From positions 69,564,001-69,628,000 of the forward strand of contig CM060733.1 of NCBI GenBank assembly GCA_030704615.1: a stretch of 64,000 nucleotides of DNA, read 5' to 3'. A model generated the notes under the pieces. It was not told where the DNA came from. It ran no database searches and saw only the letters and a list, made by a program, of their open reading frames with translations. A program made the translations under genes and the position numbers. Source of the DNA: Takakia lepidozioides (Eukaryota > Plantae > Bryophyta). Below are positions 1 to 14,032 of this stretch, one piece after another (positions within the stretch are counted from its first letter, which is position 1; each line of letters begins with the position of its first letter).

Positions 1-3000
1 CCCTGCCTGGCACCCTCACACCTTTACCCTCTTTGCATTGTGGTCTCGTGACTCAAATCTGTATTTTCGTGTGTGGATTCCTCTGACCTAGGTGCTATCC
101 GTCTTCACTCAGACCCATTCATTCGAGTAACGGAAAGGCGGTAGTAGTTAGCTGGAATAGACCCACAGGGGGGATCGAGAGAGAAAGCTGGAATTGTATT
201 GAGGAAGGAGGCTGAGGCAGAAATGGCTTTCTTTCTTATTTCTTTGTACTTTGTACTTGCTGGTTTGCTGGGAATACTTTCCATCAAATTTTGCTACAAC
301 AAGCGGCCGTCTACAAACTTGTAAGTCTCCGATTTCAAGCCATCGAAATGCCGTTGTACTATATTTATGCTTATCCGTTTATCCGTTTATATTTTACCTC
401 TGGATTTGGTTGTTTTCACCACAAGATGAGTATATCTTTTCCAGATGGGTTCATCTGGGGTGGATTCTCTCTCTCACGCACACAACACACGGACAGTGTG
501 GGAATCTCCCAATTCCACAGTGCTCTGCCCAGCTCCGGAAGGTCTTGTATTCAGCGGGGATTGTACCCTTAGGTTACGACCAAGAAGTGCAGCTATCCTT
601 CTATATCCACACACTGTTGAAGGGATTTTCTGGATGAGGACTTGAACAAAGGTTATACCGATTATATAAAACACTAACCACTAGTGATGATTAGTCACTC
701 TGAAGGTGATCTCGTGGTCTGCATGATGAGTAACATCCTCAGCTCCCTCCATGGTAGATTTTCATTCGAAGGATTCAGGCATGGTCTCTTCAGCAGTGCA
801 ATTCTAAGTAGCAGCTCATTCTGATAGTGAGGGATGATGAACTTCACAAAACGAAATTCAACATTTAGTAGCTGCAACCAGGTCCCAGTTCCCAGTTCCC
901 GTCACTAAGATGTGGGCGAACCCATGGTAGTCCTTGACTTATTGGGCGATCTCAAGTGACATTGTGCAGAATTTGCTCATTAAGAGAATAGAATGAAGTA
1001 GCCCCCAGCGCCCTCCCCCCCACCCACACCCCCCTTGCGGAGCAGGGCCATATGAGACTGACTGGTTGTTTACAGTTGTCTGCAAAGCTACCCAGAGTTC
1101 TCTATAATGGACTGACCTGCGTTCTTAATCCATAAGTTTGAGATTTAATATTGGGCCTTATGATTAGAGTCATTGATGGTACTGATATTGAAGTTCATTA
1201 TCAAATCTCCTCACCCTACAAAACATGCTTTTACAGTGGAACTAATATGAAGGCACTTGTGGTGATGCAATATGTGGCAGGCTCCATATGGTGCTGGTGA
1301 TCACAGCGGTAATTTGCTGCTGGCTAATGTATGTTCCTCTCTGGCCTACCCATTATCTTCCCCTAGTTTCTCTCTGTAGTCTATAGGGAATGCCTCTTGT
1401 ATCTTCACACACGTCACATACAATAGGGCTAAGATATCCAGCTACCTCGCGGATTAATCTTGAGATAAAACTTAAGCAAATTAATTGCGTTCAGGGAACA
1501 CAATAGGGCTTGTTTTTGGATATGCTTTAGCATAACCAACAACATTGCCACAGGTAAGTCCTCTGCTCTGGAAAAGAGGCAGGTTGTGGGCCATTGAGGA
1601 TTTTGGGTTGCTCAACAATTATATCCGTTACTGCCCAGACAGATTTTTACTACCTGGCTAGATCAGGTGGCCAAATCAATATGAGATCACCTCACAAAAT
1701 GCATAATGTAGTCACTGTTTAAAAAAGTGACTCTGAAAGGTTCCCTAAGATTGCTAGTTGGCATCATACCCTTTCTTAGTGGTAGTTCTATAGATTGCGT
1801 TTTGTTGTAGAACAAAGGGTGCTTATAGTAGATTGTGATGGCAAAACAGGTGGGCGATCGTATGGTTGGCGCAATGGAAACCACTCATTGTTCCGATCTT
1901 GAAGGCAGAAGGTGAATAAGTGGTACATTTATAGATCTAGGGCTGTCTTAAAACAGCTTGATGCCATTGGGTACTCCCCCCTTGTCTTCCCCTTTCCTTC
2001 AGAGTGTTCATAGAGAGAAAATTTGAGGACCAAGAGATCAATTTCATATCCAATCCTTCTGCCAGTCAAACGCAAAGGAAGTTTGAATGTATCAAACACG
2101 GAAGAACCTGCATTTGTTTTATCTTAACTGTGGTGAAGAGTAGGATCATTATTTTTAGTGCCTGGCAATAAGGTGTAACATTTTGCAATCAAGGCTTTAT
2201 CCTGACCTCCTTTTCTGTGCGAGGGATATATGGTGGGGCTCTTGTTGCGTTGTTGTAAGATTACTAAGGTACAATGCGTCTGGACGGGGTTGTGTACAAC
2301 CACAATACCACTTTCTTTTTTCCGTTTCAGAAACCAGGTAGACTTAGCACATTTGAAGTTGTTTCCTCAGTCAGTGCTCAGCTCTTATCCAAGTGCTGAC
2401 AACAAGGGCTCATGGATTTGGTCACCACAGCTTTTTGGCAGTTTAGCAGCATGGAAGGTATATGACATAGACTCTACAACTGTGTTCTGAAGTAATGGGG
2501 ATGAAGTGGTGGACAATAACAGGACGTGAGGAACTGATGGGGCAAAATTATCCTTTTGCTCCTTCATTGGATAAGATGCCACATTTTGACACGCATTAGA
2601 TGTTTATAGGGGAAGGACTCCAGCACACAGACCCACCTATGGTAAGGGCAGTGTGTCCATAGTAGGTTGTGCGATGCTTCCTGGAAGAATCCTTGTGTGG
2701 GTTGCATCATAACCAGTGGTACAGCTGCCCTGAAGGAATGTCTAGTTTAACTGTAGAGCCAAAAACCAGGAACAAAATCTATTGGTCTACATGAGCTCTC
2801 TAGGTGGAAGCCTGGGAAATCATGTCCAATGAAGCACATGCTGTGAGTTTGCAGGAATAAGATTTTGGCAGGTGATCCTTTCTAGTCTCTAAGGGAGAAC
2901 TCGAAAGTGAACTGGGTATAAAGGTAAAACTCTACATTTTGATGTATGTGTTGATGTACCTTCGTTTGTCACAACTTGCCAACTTGGAACATGCCAATGG

Positions 3001-4595
3001 CAGAAAATTCATTACCTAAACCTGCCCCCATTGGTTTTGTACACATGTGGTACCCAAAAACATGGGCTATGGTGCACTTGTCTGCAGTCTCCATATCCGG
3101 TTGAGTGGTGCTCGAGAAGCTCAAATTGGCATTTAGCGCTTGCAAAACAGGGCATCTCCATTCCTGAACACAGGTTCTTGGTAGACTCAAGTTTCAGCCC
3201 GTGCCAATGAGTAGCAGCAGTACCAACGTTCTTCTTGCCCAATTTTTTTTTAATGGTGATTTAGATGGTGGCATCACCATCTCTCCCTGACCTCTTTTGA
3301 CAACGTCTCTACTGTGTTTGAATTAATGTTTGGAATTGAACCATGCATACAACTTTCGCTGGAATTTTGAACTAAGAAGAGGACAGTACATAATATTCTC
3401 ATAGTTTCTCTAGCTTGGAGATTATTTTTCAACTTCAATTAGTGCTTTGAACTCTTCTGCAAATGCATCACTAAGCAAGACTAGATTAGTAAACTAGGTC
3501 GTAAAGACTGCTTAAGGAATTTGAAGAATTCCTGGAGCTAGAATACTAAAAAGCACATTAGCTAGAACTGTCGAAATAGTATTGGGGCCATGTCCCATGG
3601 ATGTGGCAGATACATCTAATGCCCTCCAACAGTATGCTAAACTGGGTATAATATCCTAGACCGTACCCACGAATGTCCACTATATGCCCAAAAAAAGTGA
3701 GCTTCATCTCTCATGTGTTCCAGTACTTTCCATTATAAACCTAATGTACATACGCGATCGCATTACTTTCTAGGAATGCCCAGCAAAATTACAACATCTA
3801 CTACACAAAAGTCTGCCACATGCTTTACTTCCCTTTCTGTTGTTACAACTGATGTTTTTGATATCCAACTTTTCTTCTTACTTTCTGGCCGTTAAAGAAA
3901 CTTTATCTTTATCAACTCTGGGCAGGTGGGTAACCTAAGCTTACCCCTCAAATTTCAGGGAAGCTGTTTTCCTGCATCTGCAAGTTGTCGGCAAAAATGC
4001 GAAGGAATCCATCCTTCAGTGTCAATTATGCAAGAAGGTGGGACCTCAATTCACCCTCATTTAATGAGACCTGGATGGGTAGTCCTTGGCTGTCAACCTA
4101 TGGCCAAGTTGTCACCAATGGTACATACACAGAGCCTCTGGGGTTGGTGACACTTTTCTTAGAGGTAGCCATGCACCCATCTGTTTTAACCTGGAGAGGC
4201 TGCACACAACCTAGAACTTCTCGTCATTGATATTGGACTTCCTCTCTCTCACTCTCTAAACACTGGTGGGTGGAACCCCACGAAAAGGCTCTGGGAGGGT
4301 TAGTTTCCTGTGGGGTCGATGGCAAGGCAACGTTTGCAGGGAATGGCATGAGTACATTCTCTCTGTCTGTCTGTCTGTCTGACTCGTATGGCTACAAGGC
4401 CACAAGGCTGCGGCAAATGTCTTATGAGTGCATCTCTCTCGGGTACGCACTGCAGACAGAGATCTTGGAGCAGAATTAGCATGAGATGCTCCTTCTATAC
4501 ATAGGTTTAGAGCTCTGGATATTGCATAACTGTCTTATTGAGGAAAATGCAGGTGGAGCTGAAATAGCAACCGGAAACGATGCAGAGGATGTCTG

Positions 4596-6528
4596 TCAGT
4601 GGCTTGCATTGTTTTTGAGCCGCATTGCTTCATTCTCCAGCAAATTGAGGTTCCTTTTCAACTTTGTTATATGTGTGCGCACCTGCAACCAAGCAAAAGC
4701 CCCCTACTTTAAGACAAACAAGAGAAAACAAGGTGTTATCAAACCAAGTCAAACTCATTGTGAAGATTTAGGATGTTCTTGGCTATTTAGCTTACCTGTT
4801 GATGGGCGGCAGCCAAAAGGTTTAGCTCATCAGCTTCTGAATGCCTCAAAAACCACTGCGCCAGAGGATGCTCCTTTGTTTCTCTTTTCTTTCTGTCTAC
4901 AGAATCATTGACCCCACCAGCTGCCCACAAGAAAATTAGCAAAACTCTCTAGTGTATGCTTGCTTCACACTATGCAAACTCAACACATTGAAAGACTTGA
5001 TCCTCAAAAATCCTTGAACGAGAGTGAAGTAATCAGCATCCATGAAACAGGCGCACAAACAAACCTTGAAGTTCAGGGGCAGAAGCCTGGGATCCAGTGA
5101 CCATGACCACAGGATGATTCCGAATTCGGGCAAATAAGGCCTCTGATGGCTCCATGAACACGATTTCATCGTACGCCTCCACAACTACAGGCTTCTTTGT
5201 GTTCTGCGGCCCTGATTCATCCTCTGGATATAGCTTGAGGTGATGGAACCTGCACCCTCAAATTCTTCCCCTTGAACTCCAACAAGCCAGCAGCACACTC
5301 TCCTTCCCTGAAAATGAAAATGCTGACCCACTTTGCCTTGCCTTTGCAAACATTAAAAAGATTTCGCAGCTTATGTTACATAACTAGCTCTACATCAAGC
5401 ATATAGATTCTGTGGGAAGTAGTAGAAATCAGGCTACATACAGCTCCAAGGGTTTCACAGCGACATGTGCATGGAAGAAAATGGTTATGCTGATTTCAAA
5501 TTCGCCCCAACCAGTCTCAGACAGCTCAAAAGGAGCCATCTCGACTATCCTGGTTGGATTGCTGAAGCTGTGATGGAGCTGAAACACCACCCTCTTGATC
5601 ACCACACTGAGGTCCTCATTGGTGGCACTCCGTACATAGGCAGTCCACTTATGCGAATGGTATCTGCATGCATCTCCATGTGACTCATCAAATCATCTAC
5701 TCCTGAGCTGCATAAACCCTTCTTCACACCCTTTCATGCACAGACAAGGTTCAACAGTAGTTGCATGTGACTGCCATCATCCAACGATTTCTTATCATCT
5801 GAATCCCACCGAGTTTTGTGTTGTGTTATGAAACCCTTTCATATTTTTTGGAATTTGAATAATTATTGCAATATACTCCACAAAGCTTCAGCTCCATCCA
5901 TGACTCCCCTAGTCTATATTAAGACAACAGTAGCCCACCAATCTAAGAGGTCATATTTTCATATTGTTATAGATCATATGTGAAAAAGGAATGTGAAAAA
6001 GGAAGAAATAGTTGAAAATCATACTCATCCGCCTTTTTCCCGAGCCAAAAGGAAATTGTTCCATATGCAATGGGAACAGTCAGCTCCACGTCCTTCACCC
6101 TTCTGACTGGGTTTTGCAGCAACTTAGCAACGCCTGTCAGCTGAGTGCTACCATCAAGCGACAGAGAGGCTCCTTACACACTTCAACATCTTCAAGCGAG
6201 ACGGATTTAATATACGACTCCTGCACTGCCACTTGACATCAACCCAGACCATGCCATCCGCATTGATGCAAGCAGCATGACAGCAGACAAATAGAGCCCA
6301 CAATTACAAGATGGGCTTTACAACATTAACGTATGAGGCTAGTACATCCTTGCTCTGTCATTTAAGCTGACAACTGATATGTGCAATGCAGCAAGGGGCA
6401 TAGAAGGAAAGGACCTTTTTTTCATGGTCATCTAGCAGACGAGCAGTCTTAGCACGCTGCAGTCGCTGAATAGCACTCACTTCCGTTTGCTCAATGCCAA
6501 ACTTCATTCCCACGAGCGCTTGAGGCAT
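4596..6528 (-). CDS. YAF9: YEATS-domain protein (YAF9/GAS41/TAF14b-like), 6 coding exons
   Basis: Manual splicing of exons ~6415-6528, 6027-6113, 5442-5662, 5065-5250, 4794-4920, 4596-4683 gives MPQ...[95 protein letters not shown].../[31 protein letters not shown].../...[37 protein letters not shown]...ASH*. This is the plant YAF9 pattern (YEATS GWGEF motif plus C-terminal coiled coil). One acceptor appears to be AA rather than AG. Confidence 0.9.
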
Positions 6529-8803
6529 CTTTCCTCTCAAAGCTACTATCTCATTTATCTGCACCACATACCCACCACCTGTTTCATCTTAACCCTGCCC
6601 TGAACTACATGACTGAGGTAATGGCAACCAGATGTACATGCATCAGAGAGGGCACCATCCCTTTGTTTTCACCAAATGCCATTCCTGCTAATAGAGGCTC
6701 ATCTGTAAAGGAACTACAAACGTAAAAAATGAGCAGGGCAATTTGACTGTATGTTGCTCACTAGTCATCGATCTTTTGAAAGTTCAAAACGATGCCTTCC
6801 TTCTATGTGCATTTGTATATTCATGAAAACAACATGCACAAGACAAGTCTATCAGTTGATGACAATCAAGGAGTATTTTACTGACATGGATTTTTTTTAA
6901 TATTTTTCAAAACCCAGGAAGGGTTTATGAAGAAGAAAGTGAGAAATTGTTGGAAAGATTTAACAGCAGCTTCAACAGGTCATGTATTCACGGAGAATAA
7001 GACTCCAAATTCTCTTTGCCCCGAACTTAAGAGTCAATTAAGAGGTCAGCGAATGGATATTCTGACTCGCCTCGCAACTGTATGTAGCAAAGGGAGAGGG
7101 AAAATGCATGAAGGGAGGGGCTGCAAACCACTGAACCCTAAACTCATAAAGAAAATAAATAAGCAAAACCCCCCGAAACCGCTCAACATCCCGCATCAAA
7201 TACATAAATATAATCTGTGGGGTGGGCGGGGAAACCCCGTCAATCTCTGCGCATCACTGCGACACAACGAAACCCTCACATACGAATGTGGCAGGCTAAA
7301 AATGCAATACCGCAGGGGAAAATAATGGGGAATACAAACCTCTTCAGAAGTGAGGTCGTTGAGGCGGCGCTTGCGTTTCGATGATGCAGTGGCACCTCCA
7401 CTGGAACCAGCACTGGTGGTCGACCCCGAGGGCACTGCAGCAGACGAAAGCGGCGATGCAAGACGAGCTGGAGGTGGTGGAGCAGCCATCTAACCCACCT
7501 CGGTTCCCCCTTATATGCCCTCCCACCGCCACATCCTCCAGCTAGTCTCTGGGTTTCGATGTTGCAAGCTGCTGCTGCACCATCGCCAGATTCTCGCAGA
7601 GCGTTGAACTTGAGCCGAGGAAGACGGCCCCGTACCCGCGCTGCATGTTCCTATTACCGGGCCTATTATTGCGGCATAGAGTTACCGCAGTTAATCCCCC
7701 AGTTAAGTATGCTTCTTGCAAACCGTGTGCAGTGTCGAGTGCATTCAGAGTTCAGTGCAAGCTTGCTTGGCAGCTTGAGAAGCAACAAAGATTGGAATGG
7801 GAACATTGAAGGATTCTCCCACAACATTGCAGGAAAGCCCACTACAAAATTATGTAAACAAGTTCAGATGGAACAGAGCGACGGATTGTGAATGCTAGTT
7901 TGAATAGTTGCTTCGACGAGACCAGGTCCACTGCCCTGATTGCAAGTCTCAAACAGAAACGCCTACCCCTTGAAACTTCAAAAGAAAGAGAACATGAGGT
8001 TTGATGTGAACCGTGCAGCAAATTCCAATGCAGAATGTAGAAAGCAATGAGAAACCACCCTACAGGTTTCGCGTTTCCATGAAATCAAGCGGTCCCAGCT
8101 CGCACTCCACATGCAAACGCCTGCAGAAAAACGTGCCAAAGCAAATATCTGGCTACAAAGAACAGTGGATCTTAATTCTGTGCCACTTTCTTCAGGACCA
8201 CTGTGACTAGATGTACGTGAGAGAACACAACACTTGTACTCCGGTGAAGATCGCTGCCCCATGGGGTCTGAAACCTTCTGAATAAGCGTCTATGTGACCT
8301 GAAGTTTACTTGAAAGTGCGTGAGAAAATTTCTTCGGTCTTCGGTTCTGCCTCTCTTTTCTTTCGTGTTTGATCTCCTCAAATCCAGGCAGTCCAAAGCC
8401 CCTGGCTTCTTGCAGTCTTGGCCTGTAGGGTCCCCATATGGGTTCTAATGGTTCACATGATATAGAACCATTGTATTCCATATGAATGGTGTGTGTTTTA
8501 TGAGTGGAATTAAATGTCTGGCTCAAAACAAGTAGATTTCCCTGGGATTTGGATTTTCCTTTGGGGATCAATCAATACCTTGTCTGAACTTTAGTTCTGC
8601 AAAATCCTCAAACCCCCAAAACTTGAAGGATTCTTATTAGTGCCTATCTTTCCTTTGAATCTGTTGACATGTTCATAGCAATAAGGTTTTCCGTGACTTC
8701 ACTGCTGCTGTTCGATCCAATTGTAGTCATTACTGGGGGCAGGTTTTGTGATACTGGCAGTCACGAAGATAAATGACAAAAGGATGACCTTTCCGCTGTA
8801 GTT

Positions 8804-10650
8804 TCACCAATAATCCCCACAAGAGCAAAACCCGTCTTGGAAGTGGTGAAAGTGGTTGGCATCCCGTACAATGACCTCTCGCCCAACAACCTTTGAAATG
8901 AACTTGGTGGAGGTGTGGCATTCACAGCAAACCCGAAGGTTCTTAATGACATGGACAGACATCCCAGGAGGCGTGCTGATGAGTCCAAAAGCAATGGCCA
9001 GCTTCTCACTGTGGTGGCTAAGGGAAGACCCTCTTTGTTCCTCCTCCACATCATGCAACACAAAGCGCGTGTCAGGCACATACCCTTCCTCCTTCATCTG
9101 CTCAGACAATCTCTGCAGCTCAGCATGGATTTCGTCAACTTGTGGATGCATTTTATCGTCTGCGACAAATGTATGGACCTGGTTACACACTTCAATGCAG
9201 CTGCGTCCTGGCTCCTTCCTGATCCTTCTGTCCTCCATCATTTGTCTCACCTTTGCTTTATCGTCCCACCTGCCAGCTGCAGCATATATGTTTGATAGCA
9301 GCACGTAAGGTCCAGCATGCTGTGGATCACACTTGAATGCCTTTTGCTGCACATTCTGCTAGTTCAGGTTGCCATGAATTCTGCAGAAACCAAGCAAGGC
9401 ACCCCAGACCGATGCATCTGGTTCAAGTGGCATCTTGATAATGAAGCTCTCTGCCTCATCTAATCGCCCTGCACGGCCGAGCAGCTTCACCATGCAGCCA
9501 AAATGCTCCACTGTAGGAGTGAGGCCATAATCTTGATTCATGGACTGGAAATAGTGTTGTCCTTCATCCACCAGGCCCACATGGCTACATGCAGAGAGAA
9601 GAAAAGTAAAAGTGATATTGTTGGGCTTCAAGCCTCTCTGTTGCATCTGTTCAAACAGTTGAAGGGCCTCCCAACCACACCATGCTGGGCACACCCGGCC
9701 ATCATCACACTCCACGAGACAGTGTCTTGTTTAGGCAGCTTGTGGAAGACTTGGCGTGCATCCTTCATGGTACCGCATTTGGCATACATGTCAGCAAGGG
9801 CAGTCTCCAAATTTACGTCAGACACAATTCCCGCTTTGATGATGTCAGCATGGACCTCTTTGCCCTTTTCCAAGGCTCCTAGGCTGGCACATGCATTGAG
9901 AACACAAAGGAATGTAACACTGTTTGGCTTAACCCCTTCCAATTGCATTTTCTCATAGATCTTGAAAGCCTCCCTCCCCACCCATGCTGAGCATACCCTG
10001 CAATCATGGCGTTCCATGAGACCACATCTCGATCACCCATATTGGCGAAGACTTGGTGCACATCCTTCATGCTCCCACATTTGGCGTACATGTCACCGAG
10101 GGCTGTCTCCAGAATGATATCTGGCACAATTCCAGCCTTGATATGTCAGAATGGACCTTCTTGCCCTTTTCCACGACTCCTAGGCTGACACACGCATTAA
10201 GAACGCAAGTGAACGTCACCTTGTCTGGGGTCACCCCTTCCCGTTGCATTTGCTCATACATCGCGAAAGCCTCGATTCCACATCCTTGCTGAGCATATCC
10301 CGCGACTACGGCGTTCCATGGGACCACATTCCGTTCAGCCATGTTGTCGAACACTTGACGTGCATCCTTCAGGCTCCCGCATTTGGCATACATGCCAACC
10401 AGGGCAGTCTCGACAATCATGTCTAGCACAAAGTCCAATTTTGACGATGTCAGCGTGCACAGCTCTGCCTTTTCCCAGGACTCCTAGGCTGGCACACGCG
10501 TTGAGAACGCAAATGAACGTGACCCTGCTAGGCGTCACCCCTTCACATATCATCTGCTCATAGATCTTGAAAAGCCTCCCTGCCGTACCCGTGCTTGGCG
10601 TATCCTGCTATCATTATATTCCACGTATACACGGTTCGTTCAGACATACC
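8804..10650 (-). pseudogene. PLS-class PPR-E-DYW RNA-editing factor pseudogene
   Basis: Repeated MYAKCG..DARQVF / V(S/P)WNAMIAGYAQHG motifs, E domain ([15 protein letters not shown]), PG box (PGRSCIEV), [20 protein letters not shown] and terminal CSCGDYW. Broken into several ORF pieces by about 6 frameshifts and 5'-truncated. Confidence 0.93.
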
Positions 10651-11279
10651 GTACAACCTAGCTCAGAATTTTGTGTGGCCTCGTCGTAATGAGGCAGCAC
10701 GGTGCAGAGGGGACAGGACCTGACAGCGGCCCCGCTACATTAAAAGGATCCCTATTCCCCTGTTTTTCTTATTCTAGGGACGACCAAAGGTCGGAAGTTT
10801 AGCATAGAGCAGGAATAGGGTGCCAAAGTGCCACGTTTTCGTCGCCACGTTTCGTCGTCAAATTCTGTCGAGTCTGCCCGAACTGTCCGCCCGAGTAACG
10901 CGAATAAAACTCGTCACGCCAGTTTTCCGAAACTGCCCAACCTGCCCGTGTCTTGATCTTGTTGAACCGTAGGAGGGGTTTCACAAGCCGATCGCGATTC
11001 GCAGATGGAGGCGTTGGAGACGTTCACAGATTGTGAGTACACTGCAGCAGTTCTTATACATGGTGGGGACAACCTCAATCGCAAAGTGTCGCTTTTCTTA
11101 ATGTGCGATGTGAAGAAGTTTGTCCATTCTGCAAATGTGGGCTCTTAGTACCATGATTTAGTATTTTTCCTGATGTTTACAAGGTTCTTAGGAGATTCAG
11201 CTTGGTCTTAACAGGCCTTTTTTCAATCTCTGCCTCCTCAGCTGCACCTTAGTGGTTCTCACAGACCAACCCGACATTA

Positions 11280-11660
11280 CCTGTCTACAGATAGCAGAGA
11301 TGAGGAGAAACTTTGGAGTGAATACTTTTCCGACCGCAGTCAACTGGAAACAGCAGCGGCAGCGGCACAAATGATAGAACGAGGCACTGCTAATGTAGGC
11401 ACCTTCTTCAACACATTTCACCCTGTTTTCCCCTCTTATCAGAATCGGCCCTAAATTTCCATGTTGAATTCTGCAAGTTAGCTGGTTGAGTGAACCTTTG
11501 ATAGTTTGGAGTGACTTTGACATGATACTGCCAGTGTGACAACAGGAAAGTATCCAGAAACAGGTAACAGAGATGAGGAGAAGTTGTGGAATGAATACTT
11601 TTCTGACCCCCGACAATGGTGGGACAATCGAGGCAAAAAGATGAATGCCTGTTGGAGGTT
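11280..11660 (+). pseudogene. degenerate OSB-type 'PDF-motif' repeats (organellar ssDNA-binding protein-like fragment)
   Basis: Two related peptides, RDEEKLWSEYFSDR (~11295) and RDEEKLWNEYFSDPRQWWDNRGKKMN (~11570), match the first half of the OSB PDF motif (LW..FF..P..WWDNR..K.N); the PDFKHK half is missing. Confidence 0.6.
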
Positions 11661-12609
11661 ACAGAGACGAGGAGAAGCCACATTATCCAGTAGTAGTTCC
11701 ATTAAAGTCTTTGCTGCTTCCAGACCCAATGTGCATGACTGTTTGTTCCTCTCCTAGATTGAAATAGGCTACTCAAGCTTTGGGTTACCAAAAGGTTGGT
11801 TCAAAATGGAGACAATAATCTCGTGAGCTTGGAAAAACATTAGGCGACTGCTCATTGTCAGTTCCCTGAGCACCACAACTTGAGAATTTCGAGATAGAAA
11901 TTTTGAATCTCCTCTTTTTCCAGTGTTAATTATGAGTGCTGATAGTATTGTTTTGCAAATCACCCTCTATGTGTAGGGGACTCTGAACTGCAGCGGGTTC
12001 CTGGTAGCTTTGCATCAGCTGATGAATATGTCCATGTCTGGGAAGAGCTTCTAGAAGGAAGTACTACCGATGTGCATGCAGCTGTTTCTATTACAAAGGT
12101 GGACAGGCATGAGCGGGGTAAGTTTATCATCTAATCTCACTACATGGCACCTGTAGTTTCTTTTGCTTTTGCCATGGATTTGTGAAAGTGAATCTTTATG
12201 TCCTACATGTTGGAAATTCTTAGACATGAGACATTCCATCACAGATTCCTGCATGCTATTTTGCATGCATCTAACCATTTCGAATGCATACTGTATAGCG
12301 ATTTGCTTACCTGTAGCTGTAAGTTATTTGTTCTCCTGTAAGCATAATTGCTACCCAGGATATGACCTACTTGAAAGAAATTGTTTGTTTTGGATGCATA
12401 GCCTCGCTCAGTTTCCCCGATTCTGGAAAGACACGTGCTTAAACAGTCAGTATCGGGGTCTGCACAGGGAAAATCCGTAGCTCCTCACTAGGATGTTTAC
12501 CTGGTTTCCTTGTGGTAACTCCTGTGCAATCCTGTCCAGTTTGGCAATGATGGCTGAGATCTATAATACTGATTTTGGCTTCACATGTCTAAAAATGAAA
12601 CAGTGAAAT

Positions 12610-14030
12610 TTGAAAACTACTTGCCTTGAACTTTTGATGGAAAGAGCGGTGGACTCTTGGGAGAGTTTCGTCTCTTCTGTGGCTGAAAAGATCATTGGGA
12701 GGAAAGTAATTGTCTACGGTAGAGCTGTTAATTGGTGGACCAATGAGATCAAACTCAAGATTGCCGAGAGACGAGCCCTCTATAAAGAATGTTGCAGAAT
12801 GAAAGCCAATAATGACCTTTGGGTTAGGTACTACCAGCTCCGCAAAGATATCAATCAGCTTGTAAGGTCTCAGAAGAAACTATATTGGGATAAGTTTTAC
12901 GGCGAAATAAACTCAAACCACCACGGTGGCAATGACAAGAAATTCTGGTTGGCCCTTCAACGTCTGTACTACCATAACTTGTATGCTCACACCAAAAGCT
13001 GTGTCACTGTTAATGGACAGAAGTCCAACTTCTTTGACATAGACCAAGGTGTAGCTCAAGGATGTACCCTCTCCCCTCTGCTCTTCAATGTTTTCATCAA
13101 TCAACTCCTCAAGGATGTGGAATGTGAGGGATTTGGGTTAAGGGTGGGTGATGCCACCATTCCAGCTCTTATGTTTGTGGATGACTTCGCAGGCATAGGG
13201 GAGACTCCTTCCAACCTCCAGGAATTCATTGATTGCGCGAAGAGATACTTTGATCTTTGGGGGCTAGAGGCTAATGTCAGTAAATGTGCAGTGGTGGCAT
13301 TCAACGACATAGGAGAGGGAGGAAGTGATCTTAAGTGGCAGTGGGGTAGCCAAGAGATCCCAGTCCTCCCTTCCTACACATACCTGGGTGTTGAGTTTTC
13401 CTCCAACTGTAACTGGGATGCACACATCCAGAAAGTTGTTGTGAGTCTCACTAAATTTTTTCACTGCAGAGGGATTAACTCTGAGGTCAAGAAAACCTTG
13501 CTTTGCCGCGTTATTAGACCTGCCTTGGAGTACGGATCTGCTATATGGGTTGATAACTCCAACCAGGCTAAGTCTCTAGAATCCATTCAAGTGGGGGTGC
13601 TTAAAGAGTGCATGTCAGCATGTTCCAAAACAGCCAATGTGGCTGTTCGGGGTGAGTTTGGCATCCCTTCCTTAAGCTCCCGACGAGATGAATTCAAGGT
13701 CAGATGGTGGGGTCAGTTGCAACACATGTCCAACACCAGATACCCTAAGTTAATCGACTCTATATCTTGGAAACAGGACCGCCCTATCAAACAGGCTAAG
13801 TCCTACCAGAAGAGAGTAGAAGAGATTCAAATGAAGTTAGGCAGAAAACTTCCCTGAACCTGTTTCCAGTCTGTGACATGGGGGAGGATATCATGGATGA
13901 CCTCAAGGGTCTACCCACTCTCGGCACCAGACTGAAATTTAAACTCAGGGCAGGAAGCCTACCTTTGAACAGTAAACAGAAGCAGAGAGGAAAGGGAGAG
14001 TGCAATTGCCCGTTGTGTGGGCAACCCGAA
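12610..14030 (+). mobile_element. non-LTR (LINE) reverse transcriptase fragment, internally deleted
   Basis: GVAQGCTLSPLLFNVFI (RT domain 4), LMFVDD (YADD-like), YTYLGV, thumb region and a C-terminal CPLC knuckle remnant near 14000. RT domains 1-3 are missing between KKFWLALQRL and YHNLY. Confidence 0.9.
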
Positions 14031-14032
14031 GG

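Noticed and set aside
1-690. Possible LTR or retroelement leader fragment
   Set aside because: No second copy, PBS or coding motif visible in the window.
690-4250. Possible decayed multi-exon gene on the minus strand (a CIIDTEG peptide near 4000 loosely recalls RAD51-family motifs)
   Set aside because: Many stops, no Walker A motif and no consistent frame; cannot be assigned.
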